A DNA stretch of 63,813 bases, filler included, from Squatina squatina (taxonomy: Eukaryota): NCBI GenBank assembly GCA_031763465.1. It is 4 parts of 4 records of this genome, joined end to end, with 100 filler letters (N's around TTAATTAATTAA, not from the genome) between each part and the next. Parts side by side here need not be neighbours in the genome. Positions count along the whole stretch, not along the records: positions 32,549 to 51,884 come from JARFOE010000100.1; positions 51,985 to 63,813 come from JARFOE010094055.1; 2 more parts are not named here. One strand, 5' to 3'. How positions within the stretch are numbered: the stretch's first letter is position 1; each line of letters starts with the position of its first letter. The position numbers were made by a program, and so were the translations under genes. Of this stretch, positions 51,137-63,813 are shown piece after piece. The notes under the pieces were generated by a model that was not told the DNA's origin, did not search any database, and saw only the letters and a list, made by a program, of their open reading frames with translations.

Positions 51137-51928
51137 CTTTGTGTCTGACCCTTCCCTTCCGTTATCCACCTAATGCTAGTCTTGTGTTCATTCCAACCGG
51201 ACTGGGGTTGCCACCTTTCTTGCCCCCTTCCCCCCTAAAAAATGGGATTGCATTAAAATGTTTCAGTTCTGATCTTTGCTGAGGAAAAATCACCGAAAGC
51301 CTAAATAGTCACAAAATGCCAGTATTGCGGCAGAAGATAACTTGGGTGGGGTGGGAGAGGGGGCAGAAACCTGACAACCCCAAGTCTAATAGAATATTTG
51401 TTCCCTTGTCTGTAGCTGCTTGCAGCAAATTCTTACCAGAGGTTACAAAGTCAGAATAATAACTGTTCCTTGCTGTGTTGGCTGTCGTACACTTGTAGGA
51501 AACTGGTTGTGATCCACGTGGCCTATTCTGAGCAAGTGTCCAATATGCTCTCTTTGACGAGCAGCTTTATTTTCCTTAACCACTTGCACTCGTACAGTAT
51601 TGGTATCATTTAAACTTGAATAGATTTCAGCNNNNNNNNNNGGAGCAAAGTGTCTATCCAAAAAAGGAGAAAATTCTGTGTGGTTTATAAAGTGCAGTTA
51701 TTTTTGACCAAGTGTTTCTTTACTCCTTAATGCTCAGATTTCTGAGGGAATTATTCTGTAGTAATGTGAAGTGGAATAATTTACCTTTTAACCAATGATG
51801 GTTATGCTCGATTTGGGATTTTCTTCACGTTACCCATTTGAGGCTCTGTGTTATGACAAACGCTTTTAAAATGAACGGATTGGANNNNNNNNNNNNNNNN
51901 NNNNNNNNNNNNNNNNNNNNNNNNNNNN

Positions 51929-51940
51929 TTAATTAATTAA
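51929..51940. other. artificial scaffold spacer TTAATTAATTAA
   Basis: Same N-flanked linker. Confidence 0.95.
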
Positions 51941-51983
51941 NNNNNNNNNNNNNNNNNNNNNNNNNNNNNNNNNNNNNNNNNNN

Positions 51984-54900
51984 NCAGAGGGAGCTCTGTA
52001 TTGTAATGTGGAGTGGGGTCTGTATTGTAATGCGGAGGGAGCTCTGTATTGTCATGTAGAGGGTGCTCGGTATTGTAATGTAGAGGGAGCTTGGTGTTGT
52101 AATACAGAGGGTGCTCTGTATTGTAATGTGGAGGGGGTCTGTATTGTCATGCGGAGGGAGCTCTGTATTGTCATGTAGAGGGTGCTCGGTATTGTAATGT
52201 AGAGGGTGCTCGGTATTGTAATGTAGAGGGGGCTCAGTATTGTAATGTAGAGGGAGCTCTGTATTGTAATGTAGTGGAAGCTCGGTATTGAATTGTAGAG
52301 AGAGCTTTGTGTTGCAATGTAGAGGGAGCTCTGTTTTTAATCTAGAGGGAGCTCTGTATTGTAATGTAGAGGGTGATCGGTATAGTAATGTAGAGGGAGC
52401 TCGGGACTGTAATGTAGAGGGAGCTCTGTATTGTAATATAGAAGGAGCTCAGTATTGTAATGTGGAGGGAGCTCTGTAACCTAATGTTGTTGGAGTTCTG
52501 TACTGTAATGTAGAGGGAGCTTGGTATTGTAATGCAGAGGGAGCTCAGTATTGTAATGTAGAGGGAGCTCTGTATTGCAATGCAGAGGGACCTCTGTGTT
52601 GTAATGTAGAGGGAGCTCTGTATTGCAATGTTAAGGCAGCTCAGTATTGAAATGGAGAGAGAGCTAGTATTATAATGTAGAGGGAGCTCGGGACTGTAAT
52701 GTAGAGGGAGCTCTGTATTGTTTTCTAGAAGGAGCTGTTTGTAATGTGGGGGGAGCTCTGTATTGTAATGTAGGGAATGCTCGGTATTGTAATGTAGTGG
52801 GATCTAAGGACTGTAATATAGCGGGAGCTCGGTCTGTAATATAGAGGGAGCTCTGTTTTGTAATGTAGAAGGAGCTCGGTATTGTAATGTAGAGGTCGCT
52901 CAGTATCCTAATGTAGTGGGAGTCCTGTATTGAAATGTAGAGGGAGCTCGGTATTGTAATGTAGAGGGAGCTCGCTATTGTAATGTAGCAGGAGCTCTTT
53001 ATTGTGATGCAGAGGGAGCTCAGTCTTGTAATGTAGTGGGAGATCTGTATTTTAATGTAGAGTTGGCTCTGTATTGTAATGCAGAGGGAGCTCTGTATTG
53101 TAATGTAGAGGGAGCTCTGTATTGTAATGTAGAGAGAGCTTTGTATAGCAATATAGGGGGAGCTCTGTATTGTGATGGAGAGGGAGCCATGTAATGTAGT
53201 GTAGAGGAATGTCTGCATTGTAATGTAGAGGGAGCTGAGTATCCTAATGTAGTGGGAGTCTGGTATTGAAATGTAGAGGGAGCTCGGTATTGTAATGTAG
53301 AGGGAGCTCTGTGTTGTAATGTAGAGAGAGCTTTGTATTGCAATGTAGAGGCAGCTCTGTATTGTAATACAGAGGGAGCTCTGTATTGTAATGCAGAGAG
53401 AAGTCAGTATTGTAATGTAGAGAGAGCTTTGTATAGCAATGTAGAGGGAGCTCTGTATTGTTATGCAGAGGGAGCTCTGTTTTGTAATGTAGTGGGAGCT
53501 CGGTACTGTATTGTAGAGGGACCTCTGTATTGCAATGTAGAGGGTGCTTGGGAAAGTAATGCAGAGGGAGATCTGAATTATAATGTAGAAGGGAGCTCTA
53601 TTTTGTAATGTAGAGGAAGCTCTGTATTGTACTGTAGAGGTAGCTCGGTATTGCAATGTAGAGGGAGCTTGGTACTGTAATACAGAGGGTGCTCTGTATT
53701 GTAATGCAGAGGGAGCACACTATTGTAATGCAGAGGGAGCTCTGTATTGTAATGTGGAGTGGGGTCTGTATTGTAATGCGGAGGGAGCTCTGTATTGTCA
53801 TGTAGAGAGCTTTGTATTGCAATGTAGAGGCAGCCCTGTATTGTAATACAGAGGGAGCTCTGTATTGTAATGTCGAGGGAGCTCTGTATTGTAATGTAGA
53901 GAGACCTAGTTTTGTAATGTAGAGGGACTCGGTATTGTATTGTAGAGGGAGCGTAGTATTGTAATGTAGAGGGAGGTCTGTATCGTAATGTAGAGGGAGC
54001 TTGCTATTGTACTGTAGAGGCAGCCCTGTATTGTAATACAGAGGAGGCTCTGTATTGTAATGTAGAGGGAGCTCTGTATTGTAATGTAGAGAGAGTTAGT
54101 ATTGTAATGTAGAGACAGCTCGGTATTGTAATGTACAGGGAGATCTGTATTGTAATGTAGAGGAAGCTTGGTATTGTAATGCAGAGGGAGATTGGTATTG
54201 TAATGCAGAGGGAGATCTGTATTTTAACGTAGTGTGGGCTCTGTATTGTAACATAGAGGGTGCTCTGTATTGCAACGCAGAGGGAGCTCGGTATTATAGT
54301 GTAGAGGGAGCTCTGTATTGCAATTTAGAGAGAGCTTTGTATAGCAATGTAGAGGGAGCTCTGTATTGTGATGCAGAGGGAGCTCGGTATTGTAATGTAG
54401 AGAGATCGGTATTGTAATGTAGAGAGAGCTCTGTATTGTAATGTTGAGAGTTCTCAGTATAGTAATGTAGAGTGATCTCAGTATTGTAATACTGAGGGAG
54501 CTCTGTATTGGAATGCGGAGGGAGCTCTGTATTGGAATGCGGAGGGAGCTCTGTATTGTAATGTAGATGGAGCTCTGTATTGTAATGTAGAGAGTTCTCA
54601 GCATAGTAATGTAGAGTGATCTCGGTATTATAATACTGAGGGAGCTCTGTATTGTAATGTAGAGGAAGCTTTGTCTTGTAATGCAGAGAGAGCTTGGTAT
54701 TTTATTGCAGAGGGAGCTATCTAGTATAATGCAGAGGGAGCTCTGTATTGTAATGTAGAGACAGCTCAGTATTGCAACGTAGAGGGAGCTATGTATTGTA
54801 ATGCAGAGTGAGTCGGTATTGTAATGTAGCTGGGGCTCTGTACTGTAATGTAGAGGGAGCTCGGTATTGTAATGTAGAGGGAGCTCGGTATTGTAATGTA

Positions 54901-57900
54901 GAGGGAGATCAGTATTCTAATGTGAAGGTAGCACGGTATTGTAATGCAGAGGGAGCTCGGTTTTGTAATGTAGAGGGAGCTCTGTATTGCATTGTAGAGG
55001 GAGCTCTGTATTGCAATGCAGTGGGAGCTTTGTATTGTAATTTAGATGGAGCTGTGTACTTTAACGTAGAGAGTTGTTAGTATTGTAATGTAGAGTGATC
55101 TCGGTATTGTAATGTAGAGGGAGGTTAGTATCCTAATGTAGTGGGAGTCCTGCATTGAAATGTAGAGGGAGCTCGGTATTGTAATGTAGAGGGAGCTCGC
55201 TATTGTAATGTAGAGAGAGCTTTGTATTGTAATGCAGAGGGAGCTTGGTATTGTAATGCAGAGGGAGCTCTGTATTGTAATGTAGAGGAAGATCTGTATT
55301 GTAATCTAAAGGTTGCTCGGTATTGTAATGTAGAGAGAGCTTTGTATAGCAATGTAGAGGGAGCTCTGTATTGTTATGCAGAGGGAGCTCTGTTTTGTAA
55401 TGTAGTGGGAGCTCGGTACTGTATTGTAGAGGGACCTCTGTATTGCAATGTAGAGGGTGCTTGGGAAAGTAATGCAGAGGGAGATCTGAATTATAATGTA
55501 GAAGGGAGCTCTATTTTGTAATGTAGAGGAAGCTCTGTATTGTACTGTAGAGGTAGCTCGGTATTGCAATGTAGAGGGAGCTTGGTACTGTAATACAGAG
55601 GGTGCTCTGTATTGTAATGCAGAGGGAGCACACTATTGTAATGCAGAGGGAGCTCTGTATTGTAATGTGGAGTGGGGTCTGTATTGTAATGCGGAGGGAG
55701 CTCTGTATTGTCATGTAGAGGGTGCTCGGTATTGTAATGTAGAGGGAGCTTGGTGTTGTAATACAGAGGGTGCTCTGTATTGTAATGTGGAGGGGGTCTG
55801 TATTGTCATGCGGAGGGAGCTCTGTATTGTCATGTAGAGGGTGCTCGGTATTGTAATGTAGAGGGTGCTCGGTATTGTAATGTAGAGGGGGCTCAGTATT
55901 GTAATGTAGAGGGAGCTCTGTATTGTAATGTAGTGGAAGCTCGGTATTGTAATGTAGAAAGAGCTTTGTATTGCAATGTAGAGGCAGCTCTGATTATAAT
56001 GCAGAGGGAGCTCTGTTTTTAATCTAGAGGGAGCTCTGTATTGTAATGTAGAGGGTGATCGGTATAGTAATGCAGAGGGAGCTCGGGACTGAAATGTAGA
56101 GGGAGCTCTGTATTGTAATATAGAAGGAGCTCAGTATTGTAATGTGGAGAGAGCTCAGTAACCTATTGTTGTTGGCGTTCTGTACTGTAATGTAGAGGGA
56201 GCTTGGTATTGTAATGTAGAGCGAGCTCCCTAGTGTAATGTAGAGGGAGCGCTGTACTGTAATGTAGAGGGAGCGCTGTATTGTAATGTATATGGAGCTC
56301 GGTATTGTCATGCAGAGGGAGCTTGGTATTGTAATGCAGAGACGCTTAGTATTGTAAAGTAGATGGAGCTCCGTGTTGTAATACAGAGGGAGCACTGTAT
56401 TGTATTACAGAGTGTGCTCGGTATTGTAATGTAGACGGAGCTTGGTATTGTACTGTAGAGGGAGCTCAGTATTGTAATACAGAGCTAGCTCGGTATTGTA
56501 ATGTAGAGGGAAATTGGTATTCTAATGTAGAGGGAGATCGGTATTGTGATGTGGAGGGAGCTCGGTATTGTAATGTAGAGGGAGCTCTGTAGTGTAATGC
56601 AGTGGGAGCTCAGTATTGTAATGTAGAGCGAGCTCTGTATTGTAATGTAGATGGAGCTCTGTAATTTAATTTAGAGAGTTCTCAGTATTGTAATTTAGAG
56701 TGATCTCGGTATTGTAATACAGAAGGAGCTCTGTATTATAATGCAGAGGGAGATCTTTGTTGTAATGTAGAGGGGGCTCTGTATTTTAACGTAGAGAGAG
56801 CTTTGTATTGTAATGCAGAGGGAGCTTTGTATTGTAACACAGAGGGAGCTCAGTACAGTAAAGTAGATGGAGCTCGGTGTTGTAATGCAGAGGGAGCTCT
56901 GTATTGTAATGTAGAGGGAGCTCTGTATTGTAATGTAGAGGGAACTCTGTATTGTAATGTACAGGGAACTCGGTATTGTAATGCAGAGGGAGCTCTGTAT
57001 TTTAATGTAGCGGGAACTCGCTATTGTAACGTAGAGGGAGCTCGGTAATGTATTGTAGAGGGAGCTCGGTATTGTAATGTAGAGGGAGATCTGTATTGTA
57101 ATGTAGAGGGATCTCTTTATTGTAAAGGGATCTCTTTATTGTAATGTAGAGGGAGCTCTGTACTGTAATGCAGAGGGAGCTCTGTATTGTATTGTAGTTG
57201 AATGTATGCATTGTAATGTAGAGGGAGCGCGGTAAGTAATGCAGAGGGTGCTTGGTATTGTAATGTAGAGGGAGCTCGGTATTGTAATGCAAATCGTGCT
57301 CTGTATTGCAATGTAGAGGGAGCTTGGGAAAGTAATGCAGAGGGAGCTCTGTATTGTCACCTAGAAAGGGCTCTATATTGTAATGTAGAGGCAGCTCGCT
57401 ATTGTAATGTAGAGGGAACCCTGTATTGAAATGTAGAGGGAGCTTGGGAATGTAACACAGAGAGAGCTCTGTATTGTAATGTAGAAGGGAGCTCTATATT
57501 ATAATGTAGAGGGAGCTCTGTATTGTAATGTAGAGTGAGCTCTGTATTGTAATGTAGAGGGAGCTTGTTACTGTAATATAGAGGGAGCTCTGTATTGCAA
57601 TGTAGAAGGAGCTCAGTATTGCATTGTCGAGGGAGCTCTGTATTGTAATACAGAGGGAGATTTGTATTATAATGTAGAGGGAGCTCGGTACAGTATTGTA
57701 GAGAGACCTCTGTATTGCAATGTAGCGGAAGCTTGGGGAAGTAATGCAGAGGGAGTTCTGTACTGTAATGTTGAGTGTGCTCTGTATTGTAATGTAGAGG
57801 GAGCTTGGTACTTTAATATAGAGGGAGCTCTGTATTGCAATGTAGAAGGAGCTTGGTTTTGCAATGTCGAGGGAGCTCTGTATTATAATGCAGAGGGAGA

Positions 57901-60900
57901 TCTGTATTGTAATGTGAATGTTGCTCGGTAGTGTAATACAAATTGTACTCTGTATTGTAATGCAGAATGTGCCCTGTATTGTGATGCAGAGGAAGCTCTG
58001 TATTGAATGTAGAGGGAGCTCAGGAAAGTAATGCAGAGGGAGCTCGGTGGTGTAATGTAGAGGGAGCTCTGTATTGTACTGTAGAGGCGGCTCGGTATTG
58101 TATTGCAGAGGGGGCTCGGTATTGTAATGCAGAGGGAGCTCTGCATTGTAATGTAGGCAGAGCTCTGTGCTGTAATGTAGAGGGAGCTCGGTATTGTAAT
58201 GCATAGTGAGCTCGGTATTGTAATGCAGAGCATGCCCCACATTGTACTCTAGAGGGAGCTCTGCATTGTAATGTAGAGGGAGCTCAGTATTGTATTGTAG
58301 ACTGAGCTTGATATTGTAACGTAGAGGGATCTCTTTATTGTAATGTAGAGGATGCTCTGTACTGTAATGCATAGGGAGCTCTGTATTGTAATGCAGAGCA
58401 TGCCCCATATTGTAATCTAGAGGGAGCTCTGCATTGTAATGCAGAGGGAGCACACTATTGTAATGTAGAGGGAGCTCTGTATTGTAATGTAGAGGGGGCT
58501 CTGTATTGTAATGCGGAGTGAGTCTGTACTGTAATGTAGAGGGAGCTCTGTATTGTAATGCAGAGGGTGCTCGGTATTGTGATGCAGATGGAGCTCAGTA
58601 TTGTAATGTAGAGGGAGATCAGTATTGTAATGTAGAGGGAGCTCGGTATTGTAATGTAGAGGGAGCTCGGTATTGTAATGTAGAGGGAGCTCTGTATTGT
58701 TATGCACTGGGTGCTCTGTATTGTAATATCGAGGGTGCTTTGTATTGTAATGCAGAGGGAGCTCTGTATTGTAAAGGAGAGCGTTCTCAGTATTGTAATG
58801 TAGAGTGAACTCGGTATTGTAATATTGAGGGAGCTCTGTATTGTAATGCAGAGCGAGATCTTTATTGTAATGTAGAGGGGGCTCCTTATTGTAATGCAGA
58901 GTGAGCTCTGTATTGTAATATAGAGGAAGCTCTGTATTGTAATGCAGGGAGAGTTTGGTATTGTATTGCAGAGGGAGCTATCTAGTGTAATGCAGAGGGA
59001 GCTCTGTATTGTAACATAGAGGGAGCTCTGTATTGTAATGCAGCGGGAGCTCTATAATGTAATGTAGAGCGAGCTCTGTATTGTAATGTAGATGCAGCTC
59101 TGTATTGTAATGTAGATGCAGCTCTGTATTGTAATGTAGAGAGTTCTCAGTATTGTAATGTAGAGGGAGCTCTGTATTGTAATCTAAAGGTAGCTCGGTA
59201 TTGTAATGTAGAGGGAGCTAGTATTGTAATGTAGAGGGAGCTCGGTATTGTAATGTAGAGGGAGCTCTGCATTGTAATCTAAAGGTAGCTCGGTATTGTA
59301 ATGTAGAGGAAGCTAGTATTGTAATGTAGAGGGAGCTCGGTATTGTATTGTAGAGGGCGCTCGCTATTGTAATGTAGAGGGATGTGTGTATTGTAATGTA
59401 GAGGGAGCTCGGTATTGTAATGCAGAGGGAGATCTGTATTTTAATGTAGAGGGGGCTCCGTGTTGTAACATAGAGGGAGCTCTGCATTGTAATGCAGTGG
59501 GAGATCGGTATTATAATGTTGAGGGAGCACTGTATTGTAATGTAGAGAGAGCTTTGAATAGCAATGTAGAGGAAGCTCTGTATTGTAATGCAGAGGGAGC
59601 ACAGTTTTGTAATGTAGAGGGAGCTCTGTGTTGTAATGTAGAGGGTGCTCAGCATTGTAATGTAGAGGGAGCTTGGGAAAGTAATGCAGTGGGAGCTCTC
59701 TATTTTAATGTTGAAGGGAGCTCTATATTGTAATGTAGAGGGAGCTCTGTATTGTAATGTAGTGGGAGCTCTGTATTGTAATGTAGAGGCAGCTTGGTAT
59801 TTTAATGCCAGAGGGAGCTATGTATTATACTGCAGAGGCAGCTTTGTAGTGTAATGCAGAGGGAGCTCTGTATTATAATGTAGAGGGAGCTTGGTATTGT
59901 AAGGTAGAGGGAACTCTGTATTGTAATGTAGGTGGTACTCTGTATTGTCATGTAGATGAGCTCTGTGTTGTAATGTAGACGGCACTCTGTATTGTAATGT
60001 AGAGGGAACTCGGTATTGTAATGCAAAGGGAGCTCACTATTGAAATGACGAGCCTGCCCTGTATTGTAATGCAGAGGGAGCTCCGCATTGCAATGTAGAG
60101 GGAGCTCGCTATTGTAATGCAGAGGGAGCTCGCTACTGTATTGCAGAGGGAGCTCAGTATTGTAATGTTGATGGAGTTCTGTATTGTAATGTAGAGGGAG
60201 CTCGGTACTGTAATACAAAGGGAGCATGGTATTGTAATGCAGTGTATGCCCTGTATTGTACTGCAGAGGGAGCTCTGTATTGTAATTTAGAGGGAGCTCT
60301 GCATTGTAATGCAGTTGGAGCTCGGTGTTGTAATGTAGAGGGAGCTTTGCATTGTAATGTCGAGAGAGCTTTATATTGTAATGCAGAGAGAGCTTTATAT
60401 TGTAATGCAGAGGGAGCTTTGTAATGTAATGCAGAGGGAGCTCTGTATTGTAATGTAGAGAGAGCTCGGTATTGTAATACAAAGTGATCTCGGTATTGTA
60501 ATGCAGAGCGTGCCCTGTATTGTAATGCAGAAGGCGCTCTGCATTGTAATGTAGAGGGAGCTCTGCAGTGTACTGCAGAGGGAGCTCGGTGCTGTTATGA
60601 AGAGGGACCTCTGTATTGTAATACAGAGGGAGCTCTGTATTGTACTGTAGAGGGAGCTCAGTATTGTCATGTAGAGTGAGCTCTGTATTGTAATGTAGAG
60701 GGAGCTTGGTACTGTAATATAGAGGGAGCTCTGTATTGCAATGTAGAAGGAGCTCGGTATTGCAATGTCGAGGGAGCTCGGTATTGTAATGTAGAGGGAG
60801 CTCTGTACTGTACTGCAGAGGGAGCTCTGTATTGTAATGCAGATGGAGATCGGTATTGTAATGTAGAGGGTGCTCTGTATTGTAATGTAGAGGGAGCTCA

Positions 60901-63813
60901 GTATTGTAGTATAGAGGGAGCTCGGTATTGTAATGTAGAGGGAGCTCTGTATTGTAATGCAGATGGAGCTCGGTATTGTAATGTAGAGGGAGCTTTGCAT
61001 TGTAATGTAGAGAGAGCTTTGCATTGTAATGCAGTGGGAGCTTTGTAATGCAATGCAGAGGGAGCTCTGTATTGTAATGTAGAGGGAGCTCAGTATTGTA
61101 ATACAAAGGGATCTCAGTATTGTAATGCAGAGCTTGCCCTGTATTGTAATGCAGAGGGTGCTCTGCATTGTAATGTAGAGGGCGCTCTGCAGTGTTATGC
61201 AGAGGGAGCTTGGTGCTGTAATGTAGAGGGAGCTCTGTATTGTAATGCAAAGGGAGCTCAGTATTGAAATGCAGAGCCTGCCCTGTATTGTAATGCAGAG
61301 GGAGCTCTGCGTTGTAATGTAGAGGGAGCTCCCTATTGTAATGCAGAGGCAGCTTGGTATTTTTTTGCAGAGGGAGCTCGGTATTGTAATGTAGAGGGAG
61401 CACGGTATTGTAATATAGATGGAGTTCTGTATTGTAATGTAGAGGGAGCTCGGTATTGTAATACAAAGGGAGCTCGGTATTGTAATGCAGAGGGAGCTCG
61501 GTGCTGTAATGTAGATGAGCTCTGTATTGTAATACAGAGGGAGCTCTGTATTTTAATACAGAGGGAGCTCTGTATTGTAATGTAGACAGAGCTCTGTACT
61601 GTCATGTAGAGGGTGATCGGTATTCTAATGCAGAGGCAGCTCGGTATTGTAATGAAGAAGGAGCTCTGTGTTGTAATGTAGAGGGAGCTCTGTACTATAA
61701 TCCAGATGGTGCTCGGTATTGTAATGTAGAGGGAGCTTTACATTGTAATGTAGAGAGAGCTCTGTATTGTAATGCAGAGGGAGTTCTGTATTGTAGTGCA
61801 GAGGGAGCTCTGTATTGTAATGTACAGGGAGCTCAGTATTTTAATGCAGAGGGAGCTCTGTATTGTAATGTAGAGGGAGATTTGTATTGTAATGTAGCGG
61901 CAGCTCGGTATTGTAATGCAGAGGGAGCTCTGTATTGTAAAGTAGAGGGGGCTATGTAGTGTAATGTAGAGGCAGCTCGGTATTGCAATGTAGAGGGATC
62001 TCTGCATTGTAATGTAGAGAGAGTTTTGTATTGTAATGCAGAGGCAGCTTTTTAGTGTAATGTAGTGGGAGCTCTGTATTGCATGCAGGGGGAGCTCAGT
62101 ATTGTAATGCAGAGGGAGCTCAGTGTTGTGATGCAGAGGGAGCTCTGTATTGTATTGTAGAGGGAGCTCTGTATTGTAATGTAGAGGGAGCTCGGTAATG
62201 TAATGTAGTGGGAACTCTGTATTGTAATGTAGGTGGTACTCTGTATTGTAATGTAGATGGAGCTCTGTGTTGTTAATGCAGAGGGAGCTCTGTATTGTAA
62301 TGTAGGGGGAGCTCGGTATTGTAATGCAGAGGCAGCTTTTTAGTGTAATGTAGAGGGAGCTCTGTATTGCATGCAAGGGGAGCTCAGTATTGTAATGCAG
62401 AGGGAGCTCAGTGTTGTGATGCAGAGGGAGCTCTGTATTGTAATGTAGATGTGCTCGGTAATGTAATGTCGAAGGAGCTCTGTATTGTAATATAGAGGGG
62501 GCTCTGTATTGTGATGTAGAGGGAGATCGCTATTGTAATGTAGAGGGAACTCTGTATTGTAATGTAGGTGGTACTCTGTATTGTAATGTAGATGGAGCTC
62601 TGTGTTGTTAATTCAGAGGGAGCTCTGTATTGTAATGTAGGGGGAGCTCGGTATTGTAATGCAGAGGGAGCTTGGTATTGTAATGCAGAGCGAGCTCGGT
62701 ATTGTAATGCAGAGGGAGTTCGGTATTGTAATGTAGAGGGAGCTCTGTATTGTAATGCAAAGGGAGCTCAGTATTGAAATGCAGAGCCAGCTCTGCATTG
62801 TAATGTAGAGGGAGTTCTGTATAGTAATGCAGAGAGAGCACGGTATTGTAATGTAGGGGGAGCTCAGTATTGTAAGGCAGAGGGAGCTCAGTACTGTAAC
62901 ATAGAGGGAGCTCTGTATTGCAATGTAGCAGGAGCTCAGTATTGCAATGTCGAGGGAGCTCTGTATTGTCATGTAGAGGGAGCTCTGTATTGTAATGTAG
63001 AGGGAGCTGTGTATTGCAATGTAGAGGCAGCTCTGCCTTGTAATGTAGATGGAGTTCTGTATAGTAATGCAGAGGGAGCTCTGTTTTTTAATGTAAGTGG
63101 TACTCTGCATTGCAATGTAGATGGAGCTCTGTGTTGTAATGCAGAGGGAGCTCTGTATTGTAATGTAAGGGGAGTCCGGTATTGTAATGCAGAGGAAGTT
63201 TGGTACTGTAATATAGAGGGCGATCTGTATTGCAATGTAGAAGGAGCTCGGTATTGCAATGTCGAGGGAGCTCGGTACTGTAAAACAAAGGGAGCTCCGT
63301 ATAGTAATGCAGAGGGCACTCTGCACTGTAATGTAGAGGGAGCTCTGCAGTGTAATGCAGAGGGAGCTTGGTGCTGTAATGTAGAGGGAGCTCTGTATTG
63401 TAATGCGGGGGGAGCTCTGTATTGTACTGTAGAGGGAGCTCTGTATTGTCATGTAGAGTGAGCTCTGTATTGTAATGTTGAGGGAGCTTTGTAATGTAAT
63501 GCATTGGGAGCTCTGTATTGTAATGTAGAGGGAGCTCAGTATTTTAATGCAGAGGGAGCTCTGTATTGTAATGTAGAGGGAGCTCTGTATTGTAATGTAG
63601 AGGGAGCTCAGTATTTTAATGCAGATGGAGCTCTGTATTGTAATGTAGAGGGAGCTTGGTATTGTAATGTAGAGGGAGCTCTGTATTGTAATGTAGAGGC
63701 AGCTCAGTATTGTAATGTAGAGGGAGCTCTGTATTGTAATGTAGAGGGGGCTATGTATTGTAATGTAGAGGCAGCTCGGTCTTGCAATGTAGATGGAGCT
63801 CGCTATTGTAAGG
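51984..63813. repeat. 24-bp satellite array, consensus TGTATTGTAATG(T/C)AGAGGGAGCTC, ~490 diverged monomers
   Basis: Continuous tandem periodicity; 8-aa periodic translations (ALYCNVEG, ELPLHYNT, SSLYITIQ, RAPSTLQY); SacI site in the consensus. Confidence 0.97.

Noticed and set aside
51984-63813. Long ORFs (up to 554 aa) with 8-aa repeats; resemblance to a CRISPR array
   Set aside because: A 24-bp unit without stops in several frames produces ORFs on both strands; there are no unique spacers and the context is eukaryotic.

Overview
Eukaryotic (vertebrate) DNA. The repeat families (CR1/L2 LINE tails, a Deu-domain SINE) point to a cartilaginous fish such as a shark. The window is an artificial concatenation of four scaffolds joined by N-flanked TTAATTAATTAA spacers (17521, 32493, 51929), with many 100-N gaps of unknown size. 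Scaffold 1 (1-17476) has no recognisable host gene. It carries a CpG-rich block (~8776-16069, plus 6250-6888) of long, decayed, apparently intronless reading frames on both strands, the best candidate for something new: a possible endogenous viral or other foreign element whose family I could not identify. Scaffold 2 (17577-32448) has single exons of CHST15, OAT and NKX1-2, all on the minus strand. Scaffold 3 (32549-51884) has exons of SEMA5B, SLC49A4/DIRC2, HSPBAP1 and BIN1, including the neuronal CLAP exon followed by a NOVA/RBFOX motif cluster. Scaffold 4 (51984-63813) is a 24-bp satellite with block duplications whose monomer resembles part of the Deu-SINE. Gene identities come from remembered protein sequences, not from searches.
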